Assembly (NCBI RefSeq): GCF_002292295.1
Contig: NZ_DBBS01000018.1
Location: 181,065-245,064 of the forward strand
Source of the DNA: Sphingomonas sp. UBA978
GTDB lineage: Bacteria > Pseudomonadota > Alphaproteobacteria > Sphingomonadales > Sphingomonadaceae
DNA: 64,000 bases
Direction of reading: 5' to 3'
How positions within the stretch are numbered: position 1 is the first letter of the stretch; each line of letters starts with the position of its first letter. The notes below the pieces were generated by a model. That model saw only the letters and a program-made list of their open reading frames with translations. It was not told the origin of the DNA and searched no databases. Both the position numbers and the translations under genes were made by a program. Below are positions 52,357 through 64,000 of the stretch, one piece after another.

Positions 52357-53502
52357 ATGGACAACCAGTTCGACCTGACGGACGACCAGCGCGAGATCCA
52401 GGACCTCGCGCGCCGGTTCACCGCCGACCGCATCAGCCCGCATGCCGCGGAATGGGACGAAAAGCACATCTTCCCGCGCGACACGATCAAGGCGGCGGCC
52501 GAACTTGGCTTCGCGGCGATCTACGTCTCCGAGGAATCGGGCGGCATCGCGCTCGGGCGGCTGGAAGCGGCGCTCATCATGGAGGCGATGGCCTATGGCT
52601 GTCCCTCGACCAGCGCGTTCATCTCAATCCACAACATGGCGTCGTGGATGATCGATCGGTTCGGATCGCAGACGGTGAAGGACAAATATCTTCCCGATCT
52701 CGTCACCATTGACCGCCTCGCGAGCTATTGCCTGACCGAACCCGGGTCGGGATCCGACGCTGCGGCGCTCAAGACGCGGGCGGTAAAGGACGGCGACGAT
52801 TATCTCGTCACCGGGTCGAAGCAGTTCATATCCGGTGCCGGCGAGAACGAAGTCTATGTGACGATGGTCCGCACCGGCGAGGACGGCCCCAAGGGCATCT
52901 CCGCGCTGGTGATCGAGAAGGACATGCCCGGCGTGTCGTTCGGTGCCAACGAACGCAAGCTGGGCTGGCATTCGCAGCCAACGCGGCAGGTCACGTTCGA
53001 CAATGTTCGCGTGCCGGCCAAAAACCTCGTCGGGGCGGAGGGCGAGGGCTTTCGGATCGCGATGATGGGCCTCGACGGTGGACGGCTCAACATCGGTGCG
53101 TGCAGCCTCGGCGGGGCGCAGCGCTGCCTTGACGAGGCGATCGGCTATACGAAGGATCGCAAACAATTCGGCAAGGCGATCGCCGATTTCCAGAATACGC
53201 AGTTCACCCTCGCGGACATGGCCACCGAACTGGAGGCGGCGCGTGCGCTGCTCTACATGGCTGCGGCGAAGGTGACCGCCAACGCCCCCGACAAGACCCG
53301 GTTCGCGGCGATGGCCAAGCGCCTTGCCACCGACACCGGCAGCAGCGTCGTCGATCGCGCACTGCAATTGCACGGCGGCTACGGCTATCTGATGGACTAT
53401 CCGATCGAACGCTTCTGGCGCGACCTGCGGGTACATTCGATCCTCGAAGGGACCAATCAGGTTATGCGCATGATTGTCGGCCGCGAGCTGACCCGGCAAT
53501 AG
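52357..53502 (+). CDS. acyl-CoA dehydrogenase (isobutyryl-CoA dehydrogenase-like)
   Basis: A 381-aa ACAD-fold protein (YCLTEPGSGSDA, catalytic Glu context ILEGTNQVMRMI). The specificity is inferred from its position between mmsA and mmsB. Confidence 0.85.
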   Translation: MDNQFDLTDDQREIQDLARRFTADRISPHAAEWDEKHIFPRDTIKAAAELGFAAIYVSEESGGIALGRLEAALIMEAMAYGCPSTSAFISIHNMASWMIDRFGSQTVKDKYLPDLVTIDRLASYCLTEPGSGSDAAALKTRAVKDGDDYLVTGSKQFISGAGENEVYVTMVRTGEDGPKGISALVIEKDMPGVSFGANERKLGWHSQPTRQVTFDNVRVPAKNLVGAEGEGFRIAMMGLDGGRLNIGACSLGGAQRCLDEAIGYTKDRKQFGKAIADFQNTQFTLADMATELEAARALLYMAAAKVTANAPDKTRFAAMAKRLATDTGSSVVDRALQLHGGYGYLMDYPIERFWRDLRVHSILEGTNQVMRMIVGRELTRQ

Positions 53503-53522
53503 TTAAAAGGCAGGAGACACCA

Positions 53523-54395
53523 ATGGCACGCGTCGCCTTTATCGGCCTCGGCAACATGGGCGGCGGGATGGCCGCCAACCTCGCGAAGAAGGGGCATGAC
53601 GTCCGCGCGTTCGACCTCAGCGCCGATGCGCTCGCCAGAGCGAAGGCGGCAGGATGCCTGCCCGTCGCGAGCGCCGCCGAGGCGGTCGAGGGTGCCGAGG
53701 CGATCGTCACCATGCTGCCCGCCGGCACGCATGTGGAGGGCGTCTATGCCGACGCCGTCTTCGGCCGGGCGCAGCCGTCGGCGATCCTGATCGACTGTTC
53801 GACGATCGACGTCGCCACCGCGCGCCGCGTCGCCGACACCGCCGCGACCCGCGGCCTCGCCGCGGTCGACGCGCCGGTGTCGGGCGGAATCGGTGCGGCG
53901 AATGCGGGGACGCTGACCTTCATGGTCGGCGGCGCCGAGGATGCCTTCGCCCGCGCGCAGCCGTTCCTCGCCGACATGGGCAAGGCGGTGATCCACGCCG
54001 GTGCCAGCGGCGCGGGCCAGGCCGCCAAGATGGCGAACAACATGCTGCTCGGCGCGACGATGGTCGCGACCTGCGAGGCGTTCCGGCTCGCCGAGCGGCT
54101 CGGCCTCGACCTCCAGACCTTCTACGACATCTCTTCGGTCAGTTCGGGACAGAGCTGGTCGATGACGACCTATTGCCCGGTCCCCGGGGTCGGACCCGAT
54201 ACGCCCGCCGACCACGATTATCAGGGCGGGTTCGCCGCGGCGCTGATGCTCAAGGATCTGCGGCTGGCGATGCAGGCGGCGGAACAGGCCGGGGCCGCAA
54301 CGCCACTGGGACGGCACGCGACCGACCTGTACGAGGCGTTCGTCGCGGACGGCCAGGGCGGCACGGACTTTTCCGGCATCATCCGCACGCTGTAG
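53523..54395 (+). CDS. mmsB: 3-hydroxyisobutyrate dehydrogenase
   Basis: A 290-aa protein with the Rossmann motif FIGLGNMGGGMA. It is MmsB-like (APVSGG, AKMANNM). Confidence 0.88.
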   Translation: MARVAFIGLGNMGGGMAANLAKKGHDVRAFDLSADALARAKAAGCLPVASAAEAVEGAEAIVTMLPAGTHVEGVYADAVFGRAQPSAILIDCSTIDVATARRVADTAATRGLAAVDAPVSGGIGAANAGTLTFMVGGAEDAFARAQPFLADMGKAVIHAGASGAGQAAKMANNMLLGATMVATCEAFRLAERLGLDLQTFYDISSVSSGQSWSMTTYCPVPGVGPDTPADHDYQGGFAAALMLKDLRLAMQAAEQAGAATPLGRHATDLYEAFVADGQGGTDFSGIIRTL

Positions 54396-54412
54396 CCGGG
54401 AGGCGGCCGCCG

Positions 54413-55813
54413 TCAGTTCGCCGCGGGCAGGCGCAGCCGCACCAGCAACCCGCCGAGATCCTCGCTCTCCTCGAGGCTGACGGTGCCGCCGTAGATTTCG
54501 GCGACGTCGCGGACGATCGCCAGCCCCAGTCCGGTGCCGGGCTTGCCGGTGTCGAGGCGGACGCCACGATCGAAGATGCGGATGCGGTCCTCCTCCGGGA
54601 TGCCCATGCCGTCGTCCTCGATCATCAGTTCGACGAAACCCGCCTGTGCGGCGACGGTGACGAACACGCTGCCGCCACCATATTTCGCGGCATTCTCGAT
54701 CAGGTTGCCGAGCATCTCGTCGAGGTCCTGCCGCTCGACATGGACCTGCAGGTCCTTGGGACCCGCGACGTCGATGCGGACGTGGCGATAGAGGCGGGCG
54801 ACGGCGCGCTCGACCGATTCGAGGCTCGGCCAGACGTCGGCGCGGCTGTGCGCCGATCCGCGCCGGCCGACCGCACGGGCGCGGGCGAGGTGATGGTCGA
54901 CCTGCCGCCGCATCGTCCGCGCCTCGCGAATCACCGTATCGGCAAGGTCGTCGGCCTGCGCAGTCGCGGCGTTCATGATGACGGTGAGCGGCGTCTTGAG
55001 CGCATGCGCGAGGTTGCCGGCGTGGCGCCGTGCCTCCTCCGCCTGCCGCTCGTTATGCTCGATCAGCGCGTTCAGCTCCTCGACCATCGGCGCAACCTCG
55101 ATCGGCATCGCGGTATCGACGCGGTTCGACTGGCCGGCGCGCATCCGCGCGATCTCCTCGCGCACGCGGCGCAGCGGCCACAGGCCGTAGAAGGTCTGGA
55201 GCCAGGCGAGGACGATCAGCCCCAGCCCGAGCAGCGCGAAGCTGCGCACCAGCGTGCGCCGCAGCACGGTGATCTGCGCATCGAGCCCGGCGCGGCTCTG
55301 CGCGACCTGAAACCGCCAGTGGACCGCGGATTTGGGCAATTGCGCATCGCGCTCGACGATGCGCAGCTTTTCATCGGGGAATTGCTTGCTGTCGTAGAAA
55401 TGGACGGCGCGATCCTCGTGGACCGTCCCGAACGCTAGCCGCCGGTCCCATAGCGAGCGCGACGGAAAGGCGTCGGTCACCGGCGTCTTCGGCGCCGACA
55501 CCTGCCAGTAGAGGCCCGAATAGGGTTCGAGGAAGCGCGGATCGGCGGCGGCGTCGCGGTTGAACACCACTTCGCCGTCCGGGCCGATTTCCGCCGAGGC
55601 GATCAGCGACCGCAGCACATATTGCATCTGGTCGTCGAAGTTGCGCTGGACCGCATTGGCCAGCACCCGATCGAGCGCGAAGCCGCCACCGAACAGCAGC
55701 AGCCCGATCCACGCCGCCGCGATCAGGATCATCCGCCGCGACAGCGACCCCGTCGTCACCGCGCGCAGGCGCGGCGGGGCTTCGGCGAGCGGCGGAACGG
55801 ACGGCGTCGTCAT
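54413..55813 (-). CDS. sensor histidine kinase (two TM, HAMP, HisKA, HATPase_c)
   Basis: It has the H-box NLAHALKTPLT, the N-box NLIENAAKYG, and the G-boxes DDGMGI and GTGLGLAIV. It lies downstream of the response regulator. Confidence 0.88.
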   Translation of the reverse strand: MTTPSVPPLAEAPPRLRAVTTGSLSRRMILIAAAWIGLLLFGGGFALDRVLANAVQRNFDDQMQYVLRSLIASAEIGPDGEVVFNRDAAADPRFLEPYSGLYWQVSAPKTPVTDAFPSRSLWDRRLAFGTVHEDRAVHFYDSKQFPDEKLRIVERDAQLPKSAVHWRFQVAQSRAGLDAQITVLRRTLVRSFALLGLGLIVLAWLQTFYGLWPLRRVREEIARMRAGQSNRVDTAMPIEVAPMVEELNALIEHNERQAEEARRHAGNLAHALKTPLTVIMNAATAQADDLADTVIREARTMRRQVDHHLARARAVGRRGSAHSRADVWPSLESVERAVARLYRHVRIDVAGPKDLQVHVERQDLDEMLGNLIENAAKYGGGSVFVTVAAQAGFVELMIEDDGMGIPEEDRIRIFDRGVRLDTGKPGTGLGLAIVRDVAEIYGGTVSLEESEDLGGLLVRLRLPAAN

Positions 55814-55823
55814 GACGAAAGGG

Positions 55824-56489
55824 TCAGGCGTCCGGATCTTCGAGGCTGTAGCCGAGGCCGCGGATCGTGGTGATGACGTCCTGGCCCAGCTTCTTGCGGA
55901 TGCGCGTCACGAACACCTCGATCGTGTTCGAATCGCGGTCGAAATCCTGGTCGTAGATATGTTCAATCAGCTCGGTGCGGCTGACCACCTTGCCCTTGTG
56001 ATGGAGCAGGTAGCTGAGCAGCTTGTATTCCTGCGCGGTCAGCTTGACCGGCTCGCCGGCACGCGTGACCTTGCCCGACCGCGTGTCGAGGCGGACGTCG
56101 CCCGCGGTGAGTTCCGACGAGGCGTTGCCCGAGGCACGGCGGATCAGCGCGCGCAGGCGGGCGATCAATTCCTCGGTCTGGAACGGCTTGGCGACATAGT
56201 CGTCGGCGCCGGCGTCCAGCCCCGCCACCTTGTCGGACCAGCTGTCGCGCGCGGTCAGCACCAGCACGGGCATGACCTTGCCCTCTTTCCGCCAGCGATC
56301 GAGCACGGTCAGCCCGTCGATCTCGGGCAGGCCGAGGTCGAGCACGATCGCGTCGTAATTCTCGGTCGAGCCGAGGAAATGCCCCTCCTCGCCATCGGTG
56401 GCGAGGTCGATCGCATAGCCCGCGCCCTCAAGCGTGTTCTTGAGCTGTGCCCCGAGATTCGGCTCGTCCTCGACGATCAGAACGCGCAT
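55824..56489 (-). CDS. OmpR/PhoB-family response regulator
   Basis: It has a receiver domain (MRVLIVEDE, phospho-Asp context VLDLGLPEIDG) and a winged-helix output domain (RGLGYSL). Confidence 0.92.
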   Translation of the reverse strand: MRVLIVEDEPNLGAQLKNTLEGAGYAIDLATDGEEGHFLGSTENYDAIVLDLGLPEIDGLTVLDRWRKEGKVMPVLVLTARDSWSDKVAGLDAGADDYVAKPFQTEELIARLRALIRRASGNASSELTAGDVRLDTRSGKVTRAGEPVKLTAQEYKLLSYLLHHKGKVVSRTELIEHIYDQDFDRDSNTIEVFVTRIRKKLGQDVITTIRGLGYSLEDPDA

Positions 56490-56516
56490 GTCATCTCCCC
56501 CTAAAATCTAGCAGCG

Positions 56517-56840
56517 TCATTTACCGGTTCGGCCGATGATCTGGCCCGACCGGCCGTCGACATCGACCCAGACGACGACGCCATCGCGCATGAATTTCAG
56601 CGTGTAAACCGACGTGCCGAAATCCAAGTCGAAGCCAAGATATTCATAGCCCTTCATCGTCGGGATCACCCGCCCCTCGATCGCGCGCGGCGACAACACC
56701 TCGCCCTTGCGGCGGGCGTCATAGGCGCGCTCCTGGTCGCTCCGGCGCTGGTCCGGTTCGCCATGCGCCAGCCCGGCCGAAAACGGGGCCAGAGCGGCAA
56801 GGAGCAGGAAGGGCAGAACCATCTTCATGACGACTGGCAT
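56517..56840 (-). CDS. PepSY domain-containing periplasmic protein
   Basis: From ORF 56517..56924. It has a signal peptide (MKMVLPFLLLAALAPFSAGLAHG) and a PepSY-like core (YTLKFMRDGVVVWVDVDGRSGQII). The start is at 56840 or 56828. Confidence 0.7.
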   Translation of the reverse strand: MPVVMKMVLPFLLLAALAPFSAGLAHGEPDQRRSDQERAYDARRKGEVLSPRAIEGRVIPTMKGYEYLGFDLDFGTSVYTLKFMRDGVVVWVDVDGRSGQIIGRTGK

Positions 56841-56963
56841 AGGAGGAAGGCATTGAACACCCTGTGAATGGAGCGGTTGCATGCGGTTCAGCCGCGCACC
56901 GCATTTTCCCGGGGCGGCAAGCACGCTTGCCGCACGTCCTCCGGCCCCCTACCTGCGCCGTCC

Positions 56964-58738
<1,775 letters not shown>

Positions 58739-58742
<4 letters not shown>

Positions 58743-59749
58743 GCGGGCAGGTCCATCGTCACGACGGTGCCGTGCGGCCCGCTCTCCGTCGCGAGCGTGC
58801 CGTTCGCCTGGCGTGCGAAGGCGGGGATCAGCCGCGATCCGAGCCCATGGTCCGGCCCCGCCGGCGCCGCCGCGTGCATGCCGACTCCGTCGTCGCTGAC
58901 GATCAATGTCCAGCCGCCCGGACGCTTGCGGAAGCCGACGGAGATCGTGCCGCCGACGCGGTCGGTGAAGGCGTGTTTAGCCGCATTGGTGACGAGTTCG
59001 TTGACGATCAGCCCGATCGACACCGCGCGATCCCGGGGCACCTCCGCCTCGTCGACCGAACAGGCGAGCGTGACACCGCCGCGCAGCAGCAGCGCATCCG
59101 CCAGCGCGGCGCACAGATCGCCCAGATAGGCGCGCATCTGCACCGCATCGCTCTGCCCCGTGCCGCGATAGAGGTGGCGGTGCGCGCGCGCGATGCTTTC
59201 GACGCGGTACAGCGCCGTGCCGAGCGCCTCGGCCGCCTCGCCGCTCAGCCGCCGCCGCTGGATGTCGAGGATCGAGGCGACGATCGCGAAATTGTTCTTC
59301 ATCCGATGGTCGATCTCCTGCAACAGCAGGTCGCGATCGGCGATCTGGCGGTCGCGCTCCGCCGTCGCGCGCCGCACCGAGCGGCGGAACAGTTCGGCGA
59401 GCGCGACGGTGATGATCGCCGCGACGACGATGAAGCCGACCGTCAGCGGCGTCGCCACGCCGTTCGAGCGGAAGGTGCCGCTCGGCGGGACGGTGTAATA
59501 ATAGCCGTAGGTGATCCCCAGCGTCGCCGTCACCACGCCCGCCTGCCAGCGCGCGAACAGCGTCGCGAGCATCATCGCCGGGAAGCACAGCGCGAAGGGC
59601 GCGCCGCCACCCGCGGCGACGCCGTCGAGCAGGGCGCGGACGAGGATCGCGCTGCTCGAGCACAGCACGCCGAACCCCAATTGCGTCACGCCCCGCGGCA
59701 CAGCGGGGGCGAGGCGATTGGGCAGATCGAGTTCCCCGAGACGCGGCAC
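58739..59749 (-). CDS. sensor histidine kinase, HisKA_2/HWE type, with N-terminal membrane domain
   Basis: It has the H-box EIDHRMKNNFAIVASIL and an HATPase_c region (NELVTNAAKHAF, DDGVGM). Four hydrophobic segments precede the kinase core. Confidence 0.82.
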
Positions 59750-59803
59750 GCCCGCAATGAGCCGCGCCGACGGAATTATGTCAAGTTCAATGACCCGATC
59801 GGG

Positions 59804-60622
59804 TCAGTCCAGCGCGCGCCCGGCGCGGCCCGCGAGCTCGGTGACATATTGCCATGCCACCCGGCCCGACCGGCTGCCGCGCCGCGTCGACCAGTTGATC
59901 GCGTCGGCGGCGTCGAACGGCAGCCCGTAGCGCGCGGCATAGCCCGCGACGATCGCGCAATAGCCGTCCTGGTCGAGCGCATGGAAACCGAGGCTCAGCC
60001 CGAAGCGGTCGGCGAGCGCGAGCTGGTCGTCGATGCTGTCGCGCGGATTGATCGCGCCATCCTGCTCCGCGATGTCGCGCGGCACCAGATGGCGGCGGTT
60101 GGCGGTGACGAGCAGGCGGACGTTGCCGGGCCGCGCCTCCGCGCCGCCCTCCAGCAGCGAGCGCAGCGTGCGCGCCTCCGCCGGCCCGTCGAAGCCGAGG
60201 TCGTCGAGAAACAGCGCGAAGGCACGGCGGACCGGCGCGAGCGCGGCGAACAGCTGCGGCAGTGCGTCGAGCGCGGTCACCTCGACCAGCGCGATGTCGC
60301 CGCCGTCGGCCTGCACCGCGCCGATCGCCGCCTTGACCAGCGCGGACTTGCCGGTGCCGCGCGCGCCCCACAGCAGCACGTCCTGCGCCGCGGCCCCGCC
60401 GGCGAGACGGCGCAGGTTGTCGACCAGCGCCGCCTTCTGCCGGTCGACCTCGACCAGCAGGTCGAGCGGCAGCGGCGCGAACGCGCGCGCCGCGACCAGG
60501 GCGCCGGCGCGCCAGACATAGGCGGGGTGTCGCGTCGGATCGTCGCCCGGCGGCGGCGGCGGGGCGAGGCGGTCCAGCGCCGCGGCGATACGCTCGAGGG
60601 GATCGGACATGCCTGCGCTCAT
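59804..60622 (-). CDS. DUF815-family AAA-type ATP-binding protein
   Basis: It has the P-loop LWGARGTGKSALVK and Walker B LFLDDLGF. Its length and layout match DUF815 proteins as I recall them. The start is at 60622 or 60610. Confidence 0.7.
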   Translation of the reverse strand: MSAGMSDPLERIAAALDRLAPPPPPGDDPTRHPAYVWRAGALVAARAFAPLPLDLLVEVDRQKAALVDNLRRLAGGAAAQDVLLWGARGTGKSALVKAAIGAVQADGGDIALVEVTALDALPQLFAALAPVRRAFALFLDDLGFDGPAEARTLRSLLEGGAEARPGNVRLLVTANRRHLVPRDIAEQDGAINPRDSIDDQLALADRFGLSLGFHALDQDGYCAIVAGYAARYGLPFDAADAINWSTRRGSRSGRVAWQYVTELAGRAGRALD

Positions 60623-60650
60623 GACCGGCGCGGCGGGCGGGCGCAAGCCG

Positions 60651-62637
60651 TCAGCGGCCGATCGCCCGGGCATGCGCGGCGATCACTGGATCGCCCGGCG
60701 CCAGCGCGATCGCCTTGACGGCGAGCTGGCGCGCGCCCGGCAGGTCGCCGTCCGCCGCCAGCGCGACCGCATAGGCGTCGCAGACGCCTGCGTTCATCGG
60801 CATCAGCCGATAGGCCGCGCGGCCGTAGCGGCGGGCGACCACGCCGTCGCCGCTCGCCGCATATGCGGTGGCGAGATCGGCGAGCAGCGCCGCGTCGCGA
60901 TGGCCGGCGATACGGCGGATGCTTTCGAGCGTCTCGATCGCCGCGTCGGCATCGCCGCCCAGCAGCTGCCAATGGCCGAGGATGCGCTGGCCCGGGAGAC
61001 TCTGCGGATTCTGCTGCAGGTAGAGCGACAGCGCCGCCGCCGCCTCGCGCGGACGGTTCGCGCGGCCCCACGCATCAACCAGGCGCAGCATCGTCGGTTC
61101 GTCGAAGGTCAGGTCGGCTGCCCTGGCATAGACCTGCGCCGCCTCGGCGAAGCGGCCGGCCATCGCCAGCACATCGCCCAGCGCCAGCTGCGCGGCGGGC
61201 GCGCCGGGGCTCGCGGCGACCAGCGCACGGGCACGGGTCGCCGCCCCGGCAGGATCGCCCGCGGTCGCCTGCGCGCGGATCACCCCAAGCACGTAATTGG
61301 GATCGTCCGGCGCGTCCCGCGCCTCGGCGAGCGTCGCCGCGACGCCGTCGTCGCTGGCGAAGGCCGCAGCGCCGCCGCGCGCGCCGATCGCGGCCCGATC
61401 GAGGAAGCGCGCCGCCGCGACGCGGTCGCCGAGCGCCTCGAACGCGCGCGCGACCAAGGTGAGCGTATAGGCATCGGCATCGTCGCGCAGCGCGATCGGG
61501 CGCAGCTGGTCGAGTGCGCCCTGCGCATCGCCAGATCGCAGCATCGCCGCGCCGAGCAGGCGGCGCAGCACGACGTTCATCGGCTGGTCGGCGGCCAGCT
61601 GCCGCCACGTCCCGATCGCGCGTTCGTGGCCGCCGCCGGCCTCGTCGAGCGCACCGCCCAGCAGCGCCGCACCGGGCAGCGCTGCGATCGCGGGGCCCGC
61701 GCGCTGGAGCAGGTCGCGGGCGAGTTCGCCGCGTCCCGCGCGCGCCGCCAGCACCGCCTGCAGGTAGAAGGCCTGCGGGCTGCCCGGGCGCGCCGCCTGC
61801 GCCCGCCGGGTCGCGGCGAGCATGTCGGCATAGCGACCCGCATCGCCCAGCGTCGCGGCATATTCGATCAGCGCGGGGTGATAATAGGCATCGCGCTGCA
61901 ACGCCGCCTCGAACCAGGGGAGCGCGGCGGTAAGGCCGTAGCGCGTGCGGACGATCTCCGCCCGCAATGTCAGCGGCACCGGATCGCCGGGCGCGGCCTG
62001 CGCGGCGCGGGCGGCGGCGTCGGTGGCCGCGGCAATCTCGCCCGCGTTCAGCCGGATGCGGCCGAGGTCGGTCCAGGCCGCGGCATCGCGCGGATGCGCG
62101 GCGAGCCAGCCCGCCAGCGCCTGCGTCGCGGCGGCGCCATCGCCCTGCGCCGCGGTCGCCCGCGCGGTCGCGCGGATCGCCTCTCCGTCCGTGGCGGACG
62201 CCGTCGCCGCGGCGTCGCGCGCGCCTTGCAGGTCGCCTTGCAGGAAGCGCGCCTGCGCCCGCAGCCCGGCGAGCGCCGCGGCGGGGACGCGCAGGTCGCG
62301 TGCGCAGCTGAGCGCGCCCTCTGCCGCAATGCCGTCGCCGAGCCGGACGTAGCTGCGCGCGAGCAGCAGCATCGCCGGCTGCGACGTCGGCGCCCCCGCC
62401 AGCGTCGCCAGCGCATGATTGCGCGCCGCGCTGTAATTGCCGAGGCGGTAGGCCGTGCGCGCATCCGCCAGCGCCGTCGCCGGGTCGACGCGTGGTGGCG
62501 GCCTCAGCAGCACGATGGCCGCGACGATCGCCCCGACCAGCAGCAGGCCGAGCGCGACGCCCGGCCAGCGGCCGATCCGGGGCACCGCCAGCCGCCACCG
62601 GCGACGCCGCCGGCCGCGCATCATCGGGTAACGCGCA

Positions 62638-62645
<8 letters not shown>
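60651..62645 (-). CDS. membrane-anchored TPR-repeat protein (PrsT-like)
   Basis: This is the C-terminal 664 aa of ORF 60651..62945. Its ATG lies 8 nt inside the prsR 3' end. It has an Arg-rich N-terminus plus one TM (GVALGLLLVGAIVAAIVLL), and the rest is Ala-rich TPR-like repeats. The PrsT assignment rests on position only. Confidence 0.65.
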
Positions 62646-63996
<1,351 letters not shown>

Positions 63997-64000
63997 GCCG

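Overview
This is a very GC-rich, gene-dense chromosomal segment. Its gene content and intergenic repeats look alphaproteobacterial, probably Sphingomonadaceae; that is inference from recognised protein families, since no search was run. I support 58 protein-coding genes, one of them a fragment at the left edge. I found no rRNA, tRNA, CRISPR array, IS element, integrase or prophage genes.

Most of the content is housekeeping or envelope-related:
- Replication and translation: prfB (fragment), dnaN, recF, gyrB, rlmN.
- Biosynthesis and central metabolism: glpX, dapD, pncB, bioF-bioD-bioA, cfa-like.
- Envelope: PBP1A, an M48/TPR protease coupled to a DsbA-fold protein, an ABC-2 exporter, an OprB porin, a lipidated S8 autotransporter, OMP/OmpA proteins, a SleB-type hydrolase, an S9 peptidase.
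- Catabolism: a valine-catabolism cluster (LysR, mmsA, acyl-CoA dehydrogenase, mmsB).
- Signalling: an OmpR-type two-component system with a PepSY protein, and the right-hand end of a PEP-CTERM regulatory module (prsR plus a PrsT-like TPR protein).

Many long ORFs in the supplied track are high-GC shadow ORFs or 5' over-extensions. I trimmed starts using conserved N-termini, signal peptides and ATGA/GTGA coupling.

I did not find a convincing novel defence or mobile system. The leads most worth a second look are:
1. A GntR-linked sugar-acid locus (16.6-25.4 kb) that mixes Weimberg-type genes (XylD-like IlvD/Edd dehydratase, GguC/XylX-like FAH protein, Gfo/Idh/MocA dehydrogenase) with De Ley-Doudoroff genes (dgoK, dgoA). 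It has a shared GTCnGAC operator-like motif.
2. An apparent 2-nt frameshift in a (GC)5 tract at the 5' end of the ABC-2 permease.
3. A perfect 20-bp TACTG-N10-CAGTA palindrome upstream of a Coq4-family gene and recF.
4. At least three families of structured intergenic repeats (REP pairs, a ~165-210 bp MITE-like element in two copies, a nested palindrome).
5. A DUF815 ATPase and a HisKA_2/HWE kinase lying tail-to-head behind prsR and the prsT-like gene.

All functional calls come from motif recognition and recall, not database searches.
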